A stretch of 64,000 nt of DNA from Planctomycetota bacterium (GCA_038060895.1 JBBTCT010000009.1:435877-499876); one strand, 5' to 3'. Positions 35,804 to 46,567 are shown, numbered from the stretch's first letter. Program-made: numbers and translations. The notes: generated from the letters alone by a model not told the origin.

Positions 35804-38553
35804 GACCCCATCTCGGCCAGGACGGCGACGCAGCGGGCGCAGCATCCGGGGTGGGCCGTGGAGCGGCCGATGTCGGGGCGGAGGTTCCAGCAGCGTTCGC
35901 ACTTCGGATGTGCTGACTTGGCGACTTTCAGCGAGACCTGGGGCGCGTCGGAACCTCTCACCGTGTCGGGCATCTGTCCGCGGTGCAGCCGGACTTCGCT
36001 CACCAGCAGAATCCCGGCGAGCTCCGTGGCCCGCTTCGACAGCGTTTCATGGAAGGCCGCGTCCTCGGTCACGAGATCGACCACGGCTTCCGTCGATTTG
36101 CCGATTGTCTTCGCGGCCCGCAACTTTTCAATTTCCCGGCCGAGGTCGCGGCTGACGCGGAAGAGCCGGTCCCAGTCGGATTCGAGTTCGGGCGTGAAGC
36201 CGGAGGCCGGCGGCACGGGCCAGCGTGCCAGGTGGACGGAGTCTTCCTTTTTCCCGGGCAGGTACCCCCAGAATTCCTCGGCCGTGTGGCACAGGACGGG
36301 CGCGGTCAGCCGGGCCAGGGTCGAAGCGATCTCGAAGACGACGGTTTGCGCGGCGCGGCGCCCGCTCGATGCCGGGGCAAACGTGTAGAGTCGGTCCTTG
36401 ACGGCGTCCAGGTAGAACGCCGACAGGTCCGTCACAATGAAGGCGTTGATCTCGTGGGTGGCGTGCGCGAAATCGAAGTCGTTCATCAGCTGCTCGACCC
36501 GCAGGACGAGCGCGCCGAGGCGATGAAGCGCCCAGCGGTCGATTTCCCAGAGCGACGTCTCCCGGTGCGCGGGGTCGAAATCCGCCAGCGAGCCGAGCAG
36601 GTAGCGGAACGTGTTCCGCCACTTCTTGTAGACCTCGGAGATTTCGTCGAAGCGTTTCTTCGAGTACGGGATGTCGTCCGTGAAATCCACGGAAGCGATC
36701 CAGAGACGGATCACGTCGGCGCCGAACTGTTTTACGAACTGTTCGACGTCCATCGCGCCCTTCGATTTCGAGACCTTGTCGCCCCCGTCGTCCACGACGA
36801 AGCCGTGGGTCACGCAGGTTTTGAAAGGGCTCTGGCCGTTGGTCAGGACGGACGGGATGAGCGAGGACTGGAACCAGCCGCGGTGCTGGTCCGTTCCTTC
36901 GAGGTAGCAGTCGGCGGGGAAGTGCAGTTCCGGGTGGGCCATGACGACGGAACGGTGGCTCGAGCCCGACTCGAACCACACGTCGAAGATGTCGTTTCCT
37001 TTCCTGTACGTGCGTCCTCCGCAGGAACAAGCCGGCGGGTCGGGAAGGAGTTCGGCGGCGCTCAACCGGTACCAGATGCCGGCGCCCTCCTTCGCGTACA
37101 GGTCGCGGATGCGACGGAGCGGCTTGGCGTCCGTCACGGCCTTGCCGCACTTTTCGCAGAAGAACGCCGGGATCGGAACTCCCCAGAGGCGCTGACGCGA
37201 GACGCACCAGTCAGGGCGTGACTGGATCATCGAGGTGATGCGAGTCTCGCCCCAGCCAGGGACCCAGCGGGTGCGGCGGACCTGTTCGAGCGCCTGCCCG
37301 CGCGAATCGTCGATTTCGATGAACCACTGCTCGGTCGCGCGGAAAATGATCGGGCGGTGGCAGCGCCAGCAGTGCGGGTAGGAGTGCGAGACCTTGTCTT
37401 CTACGAGCAAGTGGCCCGTGCTTTTCAGCTGCGCGACGACTTCAGGATCCACCGCCGGCACTTTCTTGCCCGCGAACATCCCTGCCCGCTCGTCGTACAC
37501 GCCGTTGGGCCCGACAGGGTTCAGGATCTCGAGGTTGTAGCGGCGCCCCGTCGCGTAGTCCTCGTGCCCGTGCCCGGGCGCCGTGTGGACGCACCCGGTT
37601 CCGTCGGTCAGCGTCACGTACTCGGCGAGGACGACCGGAGAGCGGCGCTTCATGAACGGATGCTCGTACTCCATCCCCTCGAGTTCCGATCCTTTCGCTT
37701 TCCCGAGTACCGTGACCGGCCCGGCTTTGGCGAGCGCTTTCTGCGCGAGCGCTTCCGCCACGACGAGCTTGCGTCCCGCGCACTCGACGAGCACGTAGTC
37801 GGCCTGCGGATGAACGGCGATCGCGAGGTTGGCGGGGAGGGTCCAGGGCGTCGTGGTCCAGATGACGATGGCGGCCTTCTGCTGGGAGAACGCGTGCTTT
37901 CCGGGGACCAGGTCGAACGCGACGGTGATCGCGGGGGACGAAATGTCGGCGTACTCGACCTCGGCCTCGGCGAGGGCGGTCTCGTCCCGGACGCACCAGT
38001 GGATCGGGCGCAGCTTGCGGTTGATCTTGCCGCGTTCCATGAGGTCGAGGAAGCAGTCGAGGATGCCAGCCTCGTACTGCGGCGACATCGTCAGGTACGG
38101 GCGCTCCCAGTCGCCCAGCACCCCGAGCGACTTGAACTGGCGCCGCTGCACATCGATGAATTTCTGCGCGTACGCTTCGCATTTCGCGCGCACGGCGGTC
38201 GGGTCCATGGTCCGGAACGCCGGCCCGAGCTCTTCCGCGACCTTGTTCTCGATCGGCAGGCCATGGCAGTCCCACCCCGGCACGTACGGCGCATCGGCCC
38301 CCAGCATCGAGTGAAACTTCACCACGATGTCCTTCAGGATTTTGTTCAGCCCCGTCCCGATGTGCACGTTGCCGTTCGCGTACGGCGGCCCGTCATGGAG
38401 CACGTACTTGCGCGCTCCCTTCCGCGCCGCACGGATCTTCCCGTACAGCCCGGAGTCGTCCCACTTCTTCTGCAGCTCCGGCTCCCGCTTCGGAAGCTCA
38501 GCGCGCATCGGGAAGTCGGTCCTGGGAAGGAGGACGGTGGATTTGTATTCCAT
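35800..38553 (-). CDS. ileS: Isoleucine--tRNA ligase (type 1, C-terminal Zn finger)
   Basis: LHDGPPYANG; PGWDCHGLPIE; WTTTPWTLPAN; GTGCVHTAPGHG; EGTDQHRGWFQSS; KCERCW...CARC. Confidence 0.97.
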   Translation of the reverse strand: MEYKSTVLLPRTDFPMRAELPKREPELQKKWDDSGLYGKIRAARKGARKYVLHDGPPYANGNVHIGTGLNKILKDIVVKFHSMLGADAPYVPGWDCHGLPIENKVAEELGPAFRTMDPTAVRAKCEAYAQKFIDVQRRQFKSLGVLGDWERPYLTMSPQYEAGILDCFLDLMERGKINRKLRPIHWCVRDETALAEAEVEYADISSPAITVAFDLVPGKHAFSQQKAAIVIWTTTPWTLPANLAIAVHPQADYVLVECAGRKLVVAEALAQKALAKAGPVTVLGKAKGSELEGMEYEHPFMKRRSPVVLAEYVTLTDGTGCVHTAPGHGHEDYATGRRYNLEILNPVGPNGVYDERAGMFAGKKVPAVDPEVVAQLKSTGHLLVEDKVSHSYPHCWRCHRPIIFRATEQWFIEIDDSRGQALEQVRRTRWVPGWGETRITSMIQSRPDWCVSRQRLWGVPIPAFFCEKCGKAVTDAKPLRRIRDLYAKEGAGIWYRLSAAELLPDPPACSCGGRTYRKGNDIFDVWFESGSSHRSVVMAHPELHFPADCYLEGTDQHRGWFQSSLIPSVLTNGQSPFKTCVTHGFVVDDGGDKVSKSKGAMDVEQFVKQFGADVIRLWIASVDFTDDIPYSKKRFDEISEVYKKWRNTFRYLLGSLADFDPAHRETSLWEIDRWALHRLGALVLRVEQLMNDFDFAHATHEINAFIVTDLSAFYLDAVKDRLYTFAPASSGRRAAQTVVFEIASTLARLTAPVLCHTAEEFWGYLPGKKEDSVHLARWPVPPASGFTPELESDWDRLFRVSRDLGREIEKLRAAKTIGKSTEAVVDLVTEDAAFHETLSKRATELAGILLVSEVRLHRGQMPDTVRGSDAPQVSLKVAKSAHPKCERCWNLRPDIGRSTAHPGCCARCVAVLAEMGS

Positions 38554-38706
38554 GGGGAAGAGGAGTTATACACCTCGTTTTGGTCGATCGAAAGGAAGTT
38601 CCTCGCCTCGCGATGCGCCGGGCGCTCCGGGCCCCGTTCTTGCGCGCCGCGCGCCGTGGAAGTAAAGTCAGGAGGCTGTCGCAACCTCTTCCAAGGAAAC
38701 GATTTC

Positions 38707-40098
38707 ATGCTCCGGACCCTGGCCGCTGTTTCCGCTCTGCTGGTGGCGTTCTCCGCCTCCGGCTGCGGAAAATCCGAACCCCCAAAGCCACCACCCTCAC
38801 GCAGCGGGAATCGGCCGGTCGGGAGCGGTCCGGCGGGGAATCCCGAAGTGAAGCCCGATCCCGGCAAGAAGCCGCCGATCGACATCGACTCGGGTAGTTC
38901 GGGCTGGATCCCCGTCGCCGTTCCGGAGGACCAGAGGAACCTCGATTACACCGGTGTTTTCCATGTGATGAAGCAGAAGGGGGTCGTCTACGTCGAGAAC
39001 CTCGAGCGATTCGTCATGAAGCGCGGGGATGACGGCGGCGGCACGGGATCGAGCATGACCGCGGCGAATCTCATCGACGTAAAGACCGAGTGGGAAATCG
39101 TCGGCGGCGGGATCATGGAGAAGATGAAGACGGCGCCGGACAAGACGGACCTCTTTGTCCGGGTGAAGGGCAAGCGAACGATGATGAAGAAGTACGGCCC
39201 ACCTGCCGGCACGGTGGGAGAGAAGCAGGAGTGGACGGTGGCCGTGGATTCGATCGTCTGGGAAAAGAGCGAGACGGCGTTTTTCCACGAAACAACGATG
39301 CTCGAAGAAGAGCTCTGGGACGACTATCTCCAGGCGATCGAAGGCGAAATCAAGACCTCGCTGGCAGTCTGGAAGAAACACCAGGAGACGGCGGAGGATC
39401 TTGGCTGGGGCTTGTCGGATCGCGAGCGCGACAGAACGAAGAAGCCTTTTCACGCTCTCGTGACGGCGCTCGAGCGACTTTCAGAAAGCCAGACGGAAAT
39501 CGATCGAAAAGCCGGAAACCTGGCGGAGTCCGTCGCGTGGCTCCGGGCCATCCTCGAGTGGTCGCACTTCCCGGCGGTCCCGGTGAACGGCGACGTCGAC
39601 ACGGACGAGCGGCAGAAACGCGCGATGGCTTCCCTGGTCGGAAAGCTGCGCCTCTTCGAGAACATGTTCAGGGACAGGCTGAAGACCGGATCGCTGGCGC
39701 TCAAGGCGGAAGAGGCCGTCCAGATGCTGGCCGCAACGGACGGGACGCTGACCCAGAAGTTCAGCGTCTACGCGGCCGAGTCCGGGAGATTCGAACTTTC
39801 CGCGGCGGCTTCCCTGGCGATCCTGGAATCGAAGGAAAAAAACGAATGGAAGCAGACGACGCTCTCGCTTCTGAAGACGGCCGTGACGAGCAATGCGGGT
39901 TTCTTCGCGAACTGGCCTGGCGAAGCGCTCACGGCGTTTCCCGGGCGATTCAGGGACGCCGTGCTTCCGATCACGAAAGGCCAGCTGATCCCGACCCGGA
40001 ATGCGGTGTCGATCCTTGAGGCGCTGAAGAAAGCGCATCCCGCCCTGACGGCACACCCGTCTGTTGACGAGGCAATCGCGGAGCTGAAGAAGAAGTAA
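38707..40098 (+). CDS. Hypothetical lipoprotein with Pro-rich linker
   Basis: Lipobox ASG-C; PPKPPP linker; stop overlaps the hisG start. Confidence 0.8.
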   Translation: MLRTLAAVSALLVAFSASGCGKSEPPKPPPSRSGNRPVGSGPAGNPEVKPDPGKKPPIDIDSGSSGWIPVAVPEDQRNLDYTGVFHVMKQKGVVYVENLERFVMKRGDDGGGTGSSMTAANLIDVKTEWEIVGGGIMEKMKTAPDKTDLFVRVKGKRTMMKKYGPPAGTVGEKQEWTVAVDSIVWEKSETAFFHETTMLEEELWDDYLQAIEGEIKTSLAVWKKHQETAEDLGWGLSDRERDRTKKPFHALVTALERLSESQTEIDRKAGNLAESVAWLRAILEWSHFPAVPVNGDVDTDERQKRAMASLVGKLRLFENMFRDRLKTGSLALKAEEAVQMLAATDGTLTQKFSVYAAESGRFELSAAASLAILESKEKNEWKQTTLSLLKTAVTSNAGFFANWPGEALTAFPGRFRDAVLPITKGQLIPTRNAVSILEALKKAHPALTAHPSVDEAIAELKKK

Positions 40099-40961
40099 TG
40101 GCGCCGCTCAAAATCGCCATACCCAACAAGGGGCGGCTGTCGGATTCGTGCCTCCAGTTGCTGCGCGCCATCGGCTTTCCGGTCGCGGGCGTTGGACGCA
40201 CCCTGGTCTCCGTCCTGGCCGGCGGTGATATCGAAGTTCTTTTTTCGCGCGCCGACGATATTCCCGAGTTCATCGACCTCGGCGCGGCCGACATCGGGCT
40301 GACCGGCAGTGACCTGGTCGACGAGGCTGCGGCCGACGTCGAAGTTCTCCTGCCCCTGGATTTCGGGCTGTGCAAGCTCGTCGTAGCGGTTCCCGAGCAC
40401 TCGCTGATGAAGAAAGTGGAGGACATCCCCGAGGCTGCGGTCGTGGCGACCGCGTTTCCGAACGTGACCCGCCGTTACTTCGAGGCTCAAGGGAAGAAGC
40501 TCACGGTGGTCGCCGTCTCGGGGGCGACCGAAATCACGCCCTACATCGGCGTCGCCGACCTCATCACGGACCTCGCCGAAACCGGATCGACGCTTCGCAA
40601 AAACCACCTCACGCCGATCGCAACGATCTGCGAAGTGCGCGCGGTGCTGATCGGCAACAGGCGGAAGTGCGCGGAGAAAGAAAAGGAAGTTCACGAGATC
40701 GTGGCCGCCATGGCGAGCGTGATGGCGGCGAAGGAGAAGCGTTACCTGATGGCGAATGTTCCGAAGCAGGCGCTCGACGAAGTGCGCCGGCTGCTCCCCG
40801 GGATTTCGGGGCCCACGGTGATGAACCTGGCCGGCGCGGACGGGATGGTGGCGATTCATTCGGTAGTGACGGAGAAATCGATCAACGGATTGATGCCGCC
40901 GCTGAAGAAACTCGGCGCGACCGGAATCCTCATCCTCCCGATTGAACGCATGGTGATGTAG
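40098..40961 (+). CDS. hisG: ATP phosphoribosyltransferase, long form
   Basis: LKIAIPNKGRL; RADDIPEF; GATEITP; ETGSTL; C-terminal regulatory domain. Confidence 0.96.
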   Translation: MAPLKIAIPNKGRLSDSCLQLLRAIGFPVAGVGRTLVSVLAGGDIEVLFSRADDIPEFIDLGAADIGLTGSDLVDEAAADVEVLLPLDFGLCKLVVAVPEHSLMKKVEDIPEAAVVATAFPNVTRRYFEAQGKKLTVVAVSGATEITPYIGVADLITDLAETGSTLRKNHLTPIATICEVRAVLIGNRRKCAEKEKEVHEIVAAMASVMAAKEKRYLMANVPKQALDEVRRLLPGISGPTVMNLAGADGMVAIHSVVTEKSINGLMPPLKKLGATGILILPIERMVM

Positions 40962-40987
40962 GCCCCCCTCAGGAACGGAGACTTTTC

Positions 40988-42283
40988 ATGCTGCGCATCG
41001 TCGAGATCGGATCGCTTCGCCCTGAAGAACGCCGCGCCCTGGCCAGTCGCGCCTCGCGCGGCCTCAAGGAGGTGATGGCGGATACGCAGCAGATCGTGGA
41101 AGAGGTGCGCCAACGCGGGGACGCCGCGCTTTCGGCGTTCACGAAGAAGTTCGACAAGGCAGAACTTGAGACGTTCCGCGTCGATCCGGCAGAAATCGCC
41201 TCTTCGGAAAGCGAAGTCGACCCCTCGGTCGCGAAAGCGCTCAAGGAGGCGGCCGAGCACATCCGGCGCTGGCAGGAGCTGATGCTGCCGAAATCGATGG
41301 AGGCGAGCGTCGTCCCGGGACGGCCGACGTGGCGCACGGGGGTGAACGCGGTGCCGATGGAGAGCGCCGGAGCGTATGTGCCCGGCGGAAGGGCGGCATA
41401 CCCGTCGAGCGTGCTGATGTGCTGCATCCCCGCAAAGGTCGCAAAAGTGAAGCGCGTGATCCTGTGCACGCCGCCTTCGGAGGACGGAACGGTGCCGGCG
41501 GTCGTGCGGTTCGCCGCAAAAATCGCGGAGGTGGACGAGGTCTACGCGGTCGGCGGCGCACAGGCGATCGCGGCCATGGCGTACGGAACGAAGCAGATTG
41601 CGAAGGTCGAGAAGATCGTCGGGCCGGGTAATGCGTACGTGACGGCCGCGAAGAAGATCGTGTCGGAGGACGTGGCGATCGATTTTCTCGCCGGACCCAG
41701 CGAGGTCATGGTGGTCTGCGACGGCCGTAGCGGGGCGGATCTCGCCGCAGCGGAGCTGATCGCGCAGGCGGAACACGACCCGCAGGCGGTCTGCGTCGTC
41801 GTCACGACCGACCCCGACTGGGGCCGCCAGGTGAACGAGGAACTCGTGAGCCAGCTTGCGGACCTGCCGCGCAAGGCCATCGCCGAAGAGGCCCTTCGCA
41901 AGAACGGAAAGATCTTCACGGCCGCGAGCGGCGCCGAAGCGGTCGGCTTCATCAACGAGTTCGCGGCAGAACACGTCATGCTCCTCGGCCAGGACCCGCG
42001 GCCGCTTCTCGAAAAGATCACCTGCGCCGGCGCCGTATTCGTCGGCGATTACGCGAGCGTGGTCCACGGCGATTACTGCGCCGGCACCAATCATGTCATC
42101 CCGAGCGGGGGCGAGGCCCGGCGATTCAATTCGCTGAGTTCCGGCTCGTTCGTGCGGATGATTCCCTACGTGACCATGACGGACCGGGGGGCGAAGCAAC
42201 TCGGTGACATCGCCGCGACCATCGCCCGTGCCGAGGGGTTCGAGGGTCACGCGAGGGCGGCCGAGCGGCGCATGCGCCTTTGA
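40988..42283 (+). CDS. hisD: Histidinol dehydrogenase
   Basis: GAYVPGGRAAYPSSVLM; GGAQAIAAMAYG; GPGNAYV; AGPSE; QAEHD; GTNHVIPS. Confidence 0.97.
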   Translation: MLRIVEIGSLRPEERRALASRASRGLKEVMADTQQIVEEVRQRGDAALSAFTKKFDKAELETFRVDPAEIASSESEVDPSVAKALKEAAEHIRRWQELMLPKSMEASVVPGRPTWRTGVNAVPMESAGAYVPGGRAAYPSSVLMCCIPAKVAKVKRVILCTPPSEDGTVPAVVRFAAKIAEVDEVYAVGGAQAIAAMAYGTKQIAKVEKIVGPGNAYVTAAKKIVSEDVAIDFLAGPSEVMVVCDGRSGADLAAAELIAQAEHDPQAVCVVVTTDPDWGRQVNEELVSQLADLPRKAIAEEALRKNGKIFTAASGAEAVGFINEFAAEHVMLLGQDPRPLLEKITCAGAVFVGDYASVVHGDYCAGTNHVIPSGGEARRFNSLSSGSFVRMIPYVTMTDRGAKQLGDIAATIARAEGFEGHARAAERRMRL

Positions 42284-43323
42284 CGCCGCTTCTTCGCACG
42301 CCGCTTCGCAGCGTCAAGGTCCCGGGGTACGAGATGGACGCGCCGGGACTGCTGCCGATGCACGCGAACACGAACCTGCTGGGGCAGAACCCGGCGGTGC
42401 TGAAGGAAGCGCGGGCCGCGGCGCGGCTGGGGGCGAACCAGTATCCGACGGAGAATTCAGAGCTGCTCTGCGAGGCGCTCGCGAAGTGGCACGGGTTGCC
42501 CCGGTCGTGGTTCCTGGCGGGGAACGGGTGCGACGAGATCATCGACATCGTTGCGAAGACGTTTCTCGACCCGGGGGAGGTGATGGCCTGGCCGGTGCCC
42601 GCCTTCGTGATGTACCGGTTCTACGCCGCGGTCAACCTGGCGCGGGCCGTCGAGATCCCTCTTCAGGACGACGGCCGCCGGTGGAACCTGGACGTCGAAG
42701 GGCTGCTGGCGACGCGGGCCAAGGTCATCATGGTGGCGTCGCCGAACAACCCGACGGGGAATGCCTTCCCGGCGGAGCAGCTTCGCGAACTGGCCCGGCG
42801 TGCGCCGGGGATCGTGGCGGTGGACGAGGCTTACGCGGATTTCTGCGGACAGGACCTGATCCCGGAGACGAGGCGGTCGCCGAATCTCATCGTCCTGAGG
42901 ACTTTTTCGAAGGCCCACGGCCTTGCCGGGTTGCGCATCGGTTACGCGGTCGGCCAGCCGGAAATCATCGACGCGCTCCGTCGCGCCAAGCCGCCCTTCA
43001 ACGTGTCCTCATTCTCCGAGCGTGTCGCGGCGCGGGCGCTGGCCGAGCGGGCGTTCTGGAAGAGAAGCGTCGCCTTGCTGCCGCGGGAACGCGCGAAGAC
43101 GATGGCCGCCGTCAGGAAACTCGGCTGCCGGGCGTGGGAGAGCGACGCAAATTTTTTTCTCATGAAACCGCCGCGGCCGGTTGCCGCGGAGCTGAAGGCC
43201 CGCGGGATCCTGGTGAGGGATGTCTCGGGACATCATGCGTCCCTGGCCGGGTGCGTGCGGGTGACCACGGGCAATTCCCGGACGAATTCCAGGTTCCTCA
43301 AGGCGCTGGGGGGGATCCTGTGA
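42280..43323 (+). CDS. hisC: Histidinol-phosphate aminotransferase
   Basis: GNGCDEII; SPNNPTG; VDEAYADF; LRTFSKAHGLAGLRIGY. Confidence 0.95.
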   Translation: MTPLLRTPLRSVKVPGYEMDAPGLLPMHANTNLLGQNPAVLKEARAAARLGANQYPTENSELLCEALAKWHGLPRSWFLAGNGCDEIIDIVAKTFLDPGEVMAWPVPAFVMYRFYAAVNLARAVEIPLQDDGRRWNLDVEGLLATRAKVIMVASPNNPTGNAFPAEQLRELARRAPGIVAVDEAYADFCGQDLIPETRRSPNLIVLRTFSKAHGLAGLRIGYAVGQPEIIDALRRAKPPFNVSSFSERVAARALAERAFWKRSVALLPRERAKTMAAVRKLGCRAWESDANFFLMKPPRPVAAELKARGILVRDVSGHHASLAGCVRVTTGNSRTNSRFLKALGGIL

Positions 43324-43350
43324 GCCTGGCTCCCGGCGGCGGCGCGTCCC

Positions 43351-43947
43351 GTGCTTGAAATCACGCTCTTCGATTACGGCGTCGGCAATCTCCACTCCCT
43401 GGCCAAGGCGCTTGAACGGGCCGGCGGCCGGACTCGCATCACATCGGATCCCCGGCACCTGGAATCGGCCCGTGCGCTGGTCCTTCCCGGCGTCGGCTCG
43501 GCGCACCGCGTGATGTCGCAGCTGGCGCCTGCCGTTGACGCGCTGCGTCACAAGCTCGAGTCCGGGATTCCGGCCCTCGGCGTCTGCGTCGGCATGCAGG
43601 TGCTGTTCGAGTCGAGCGAGGAAGGCAACGCAACGTGCGTCGGGTTCTTCCCGGGGGCCGTGAAGAAACTGCGGGCCCCGACACTTCCGCACATCGGCTG
43701 GTGCCCCGTCACCCACCCCGGAGGCCCGCTCTTCTCCGCCATCCCCCCGGGCGAACACTTTTACTTCGTCCACTCCTACGCCGCCGGCCCCGCCGGCGCG
43801 ATCGCCACCGCCGACTACGGAGGCCCTTTCGCCGCCGCCATCCGCCGCGGCAACGTGTTCGGCGTCCAGTTTCACCCCGAGAAATCCAGCGCCGCCGGAC
43901 AGCTTCTCCTCCGCAACTTCGTCACCTTTGCCGGGTCTCTCGCATGA
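43351..43947 (+). CDS. hisH: Imidazole glycerol phosphate synthase, glutaminase subunit
   Basis: DYGVGNLHS; LPGVG; GVCVGMQ; PHIGW; YFVHSY; QFHPEKS. Confidence 0.96.
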   Translation: MLEITLFDYGVGNLHSLAKALERAGGRTRITSDPRHLESARALVLPGVGSAHRVMSQLAPAVDALRHKLESGIPALGVCVGMQVLFESSEEGNATCVGFFPGAVKKLRAPTLPHIGWCPVTHPGGPLFSAIPPGEHFYFVHSYAAGPAGAIATADYGGPFAAAIRRGNVFGVQFHPEKSSAAGQLLLRNFVTFAGSLA

Positions 43948-44675
43948 ACCGCTTCACCCTCATCCCCGCCGTCGACATCCGCGCGGGCAAGGCCGTCCGG
44001 ATGGTGGGAGGGCAGGCGTCCACGGAAGTGGTCGTCGGCGAGAATCCCGTCGCGCTGGCGCTGGACTGGGAAAAGCGCGGGGCGAAGCTCATTCACGTCG
44101 TGGATCTGGACGCCGCCTTCGGGACGGGTTCGAACCGCGACCTGGTGCGGAAACTCGTGAAGGCGGTGGGAGTCCCCGTGCAGTTCGGCGGCGGCGTGCG
44201 GACGGACGAGGCGATCGGAGACGCCGTGAAGCTCGGGGCCGCGCGGATCGTCTGCGGCACGCGCGCCGTCACCGATCCCGAGTGGCTCCTCGCCGCCGCG
44301 ATGCGCCGCCCCGGCCGTCTCGTCCTCGCGGCGGACGCCCGCGGCCTGGACCTTCTGGTCAAGGGCTGGACGGCTCCCGCCGGAGTCGACGTGCTCCAGC
44401 TCCTGGCGCAACTGAAGCGGGCGCCTCTCGCCGCGGTGCTGTATACCAATGTGAGCGTCGAAGGGCGCACGGCGGGCGTCGACTGGAAGCCGGTGAAGAA
44501 AGTCGTGGCCGCCTGCACCCACCCCGTCATTCTCTCGGGCGGCGTGACATCGGTCGACGACGTCAAGAGGGCGCGCGACGCCGGACTGTCCGGCGTCGTC
44601 GTCGGATCCGCGCTCTATTTCGGAAAACTGAATTTTGAAGAGGCCCTGCGTGCGGTCCAGGAAGCTCCGGCGTAA
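43944..44675 (+). CDS. hisA: ProFAR isomerase
   Basis: LIPAVDIRAGKAVRM; IHVVDLDAA; GGGVR; SGGVTS; VGSALY. Confidence 0.94.
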   Translation: MNRFTLIPAVDIRAGKAVRMVGGQASTEVVVGENPVALALDWEKRGAKLIHVVDLDAAFGTGSNRDLVRKLVKAVGVPVQFGGGVRTDEAIGDAVKLGAARIVCGTRAVTDPEWLLAAAMRRPGRLVLAADARGLDLLVKGWTAPAGVDVLQLLAQLKRAPLAAVLYTNVSVEGRTAGVDWKPVKKVVAACTHPVILSGGVTSVDDVKRARDAGLSGVVVGSALYFGKLNFEEALRAVQEAPA

Positions 44676-45195
44676 GACGAGGGAGACGACGATCGATCTC
44701 GTGCTGGACGTCGACGGCGAAGGGAAGTACTCCGTCGAGATCGCCCGGCAATTCACGAAACACATGGTGGAAACGCTCGCGCGGTATGCGGGGTGGAACC
44801 TCAAGCTGCGAGCGACCGGCGACAACACCCATCACATCGAAGAAGACGTCGCGATCGTCCTCGGAAAGGCCTTTCGCGACGCCCTTGGAGACGCACCGGT
44901 CGAGCGAATCGCGCACGCCGTCGTGCCGATGGACGACGCCCTCGTCATGACCGCCGTAGACATCGTCGATCGTCCCTTCTGCGACGCGCCTCTCCCGGAT
45001 CCCGACTACGTCCACTTCTTCCGGTCGTTCGCCATGGACGCCCGCATCAACCTCCACGTAGACATCCTTCGCGGCCGGGACGACCACCACATCGTTGAAG
45101 CGGCGTTCAAGTCCCTCGGGATGGCGTTAAAGCAGGCGGCGAGGCGGACAGGCGCGATGAAGAGCACGAAGGCGAAGGTCGAATGGACGGAATGA
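44650..45195 (+). CDS. hisB: Imidazoleglycerol-phosphate dehydratase
   Basis: RKTRET; HHIEEDVAI; VPMDDAL; [14 protein letters not shown]; STK; start GTG 44650 inferred. Confidence 0.93.
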   Translation: MRSRKLRRKTRETTIDLVLDVDGEGKYSVEIARQFTKHMVETLARYAGWNLKLRATGDNTHHIEEDVAIVLGKAFRDALGDAPVERIAHAVVPMDDALVMTAVDIVDRPFCDAPLPDPDYVHFFRSFAMDARINLHVDILRGRDDHHIVEAAFKSLGMALKQAARRTGAMKSTKAKVEWTE

Positions 45196-45956
45196 CCGGG
45201 CCCACGCTGCGGATCATCCCGTGCCTCGACGTTAAAGGCGGGCGCGTCGTGAAGGGCGTCCGCTTCGAGGATCTCGCCGACATGGGCGACCCTTCAACGC
45301 TGGCGGCCCGCTATGAAGCGCAGGGCGCGGACGAAGTCGTGTTTCTCGACATTGCGGCGACGGAAGAGGGGCGCGGGACGATGCTCGACGTGGTGCGGCG
45401 CACGGCGGAGAGCCTCTTCATCCCGCTGACGGTCGGCGGCGGCGTGCGATCGTTCGAGGACGTGAAGACGCTTCTCAGGAGTGGCGCCGACAAAGTCTCC
45501 ATGAATTCCGCGGCGGTGGCGCGGCCGGAGGTGCTGACCGAATGCGCCGACGCGTTCGGATCGCAGTGTGTCGTCTGCGCGATCGACGCGAAGAAGGACG
45601 GTGCGACCTGGAGGGTCTGGGTCGGCGGCGGAAGGAAGGCGGCAGGGCTGGAGGTCGTGGAATGGGCCAGGGAAGCCGTCCGGCGGGGCGCCGGTGAAAT
45701 CCTGCTGACCTCGATCGACCGGGACGGGACGAACGACGGATACGATCTGGATCTGACGCGTGCCGTGGCCGAGGCGGTCAGCGTTCCCGTCATTGCGAGC
45801 GGCGGGGCAGGCAACGCAGGCCATATGATGCGCGTTCTGACGGAAGGCAAGGCCTCGGCGGCTCTGGCAGCCGGGATGTTCCACAGGGGGGAAACCACGG
45901 TGGGGAAGGTCAAGGCGGAATTGAAGTCGGCAGGGATCAGCGTGCGCCTTTCATGA
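45192..45956 (+). CDS. hisF: Imidazole glycerol phosphate synthase, cyclase subunit
   Basis: [17 protein letters not shown]; FIPLTVGGG; [15 protein letters not shown]; IASGGAG. Confidence 0.97.
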   Translation: MTGPTLRIIPCLDVKGGRVVKGVRFEDLADMGDPSTLAARYEAQGADEVVFLDIAATEEGRGTMLDVVRRTAESLFIPLTVGGGVRSFEDVKTLLRSGADKVSMNSAAVARPEVLTECADAFGSQCVVCAIDAKKDGATWRVWVGGGRKAAGLEVVEWAREAVRRGAGEILLTSIDRDGTNDGYDLDLTRAVAEAVSVPVIASGGAGNAGHMMRVLTEGKASAALAAGMFHRGETTVGKVKAELKSAGISVRLS

Positions 45957-46567
45957 AGCAACCCGGTCCACTCACCGCCGTCATCGCGCAGGACGCGGGC
46001 ACGAACAGCGTCCTCATGCTGGGCTACGCCAATGCCGAAGCGCTCCGGCTCACCCGGAAGACGGGCCTGCTCCATTTCTGGAGCCGTTCACGGAATCGCA
46101 TCTGGAAAAAGGGTGAATCGTCGGGCAACACCCTCCGGGTCGTTTCGCTTCACCGCGACTGCGATCGCGACGCAATCCTCGCGCGGGTCGTTCCCGCCGG
46201 CCCGACCTGCCACACCGGATCCTATTCGTGCTTCTCGAAGAAGCCGTTCCCTCATCGCACCGTCCTCCACGATCTCATCGAAGTCTTCTCCAACCGCAAA
46301 CGGAATCCTTCCCCAGATTCCTATGTCTGCAAACTCCTGGCCGACCGGGAGAAGTCGCTGAAAAAAGTCGGGGAAGAAGCGGTAGAGTTCATTCTCGCGG
46401 CGAAAGGCGGGAAGAAGGGACGCGCGGTCAGCGAGGCAGCCGACGTCGTATTCCACCTGCTCGTTGCGATGTTCGGGCACGGCATCGCCCTGGCCGACGT
46501 CGAGGCCGAGCTGGAGCGGCGCCGCGGGGTCGGAGGGATCGAGGAAAAGCGCAGGAGGAAGGGATGA
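45953..46567 (+). CDS. hisIE: Bifunctional PR-AMP cyclohydrolase / PR-ATP pyrophosphatase
   Basis: [13 protein letters not shown]; DCDRD; CHTGSYSCF; KKVGEEAVE; EAADVVFH. Confidence 0.96.
   Translation: MKQPGPLTAVIAQDAGTNSVLMLGYANAEALRLTRKTGLLHFWSRSRNRIWKKGESSGNTLRVVSLHRDCDRDAILARVVPAGPTCHTGSYSCFSKKPFPHRTVLHDLIEVFSNRKRNPSPDSYVCKLLADREKSLKKVGEEAVEFILAAKGGKKGRAVSEAADVVFHLLVAMFGHGIALADVEAELERRRGVGGIEEKRRRKG

Noticed and set aside
37357-38706. N-terminal half of the 913-aa ORF 37357..40098
   Set aside because: Antisense to ileS; the real gene most likely starts at ATG 38707 with a lipoprotein signal
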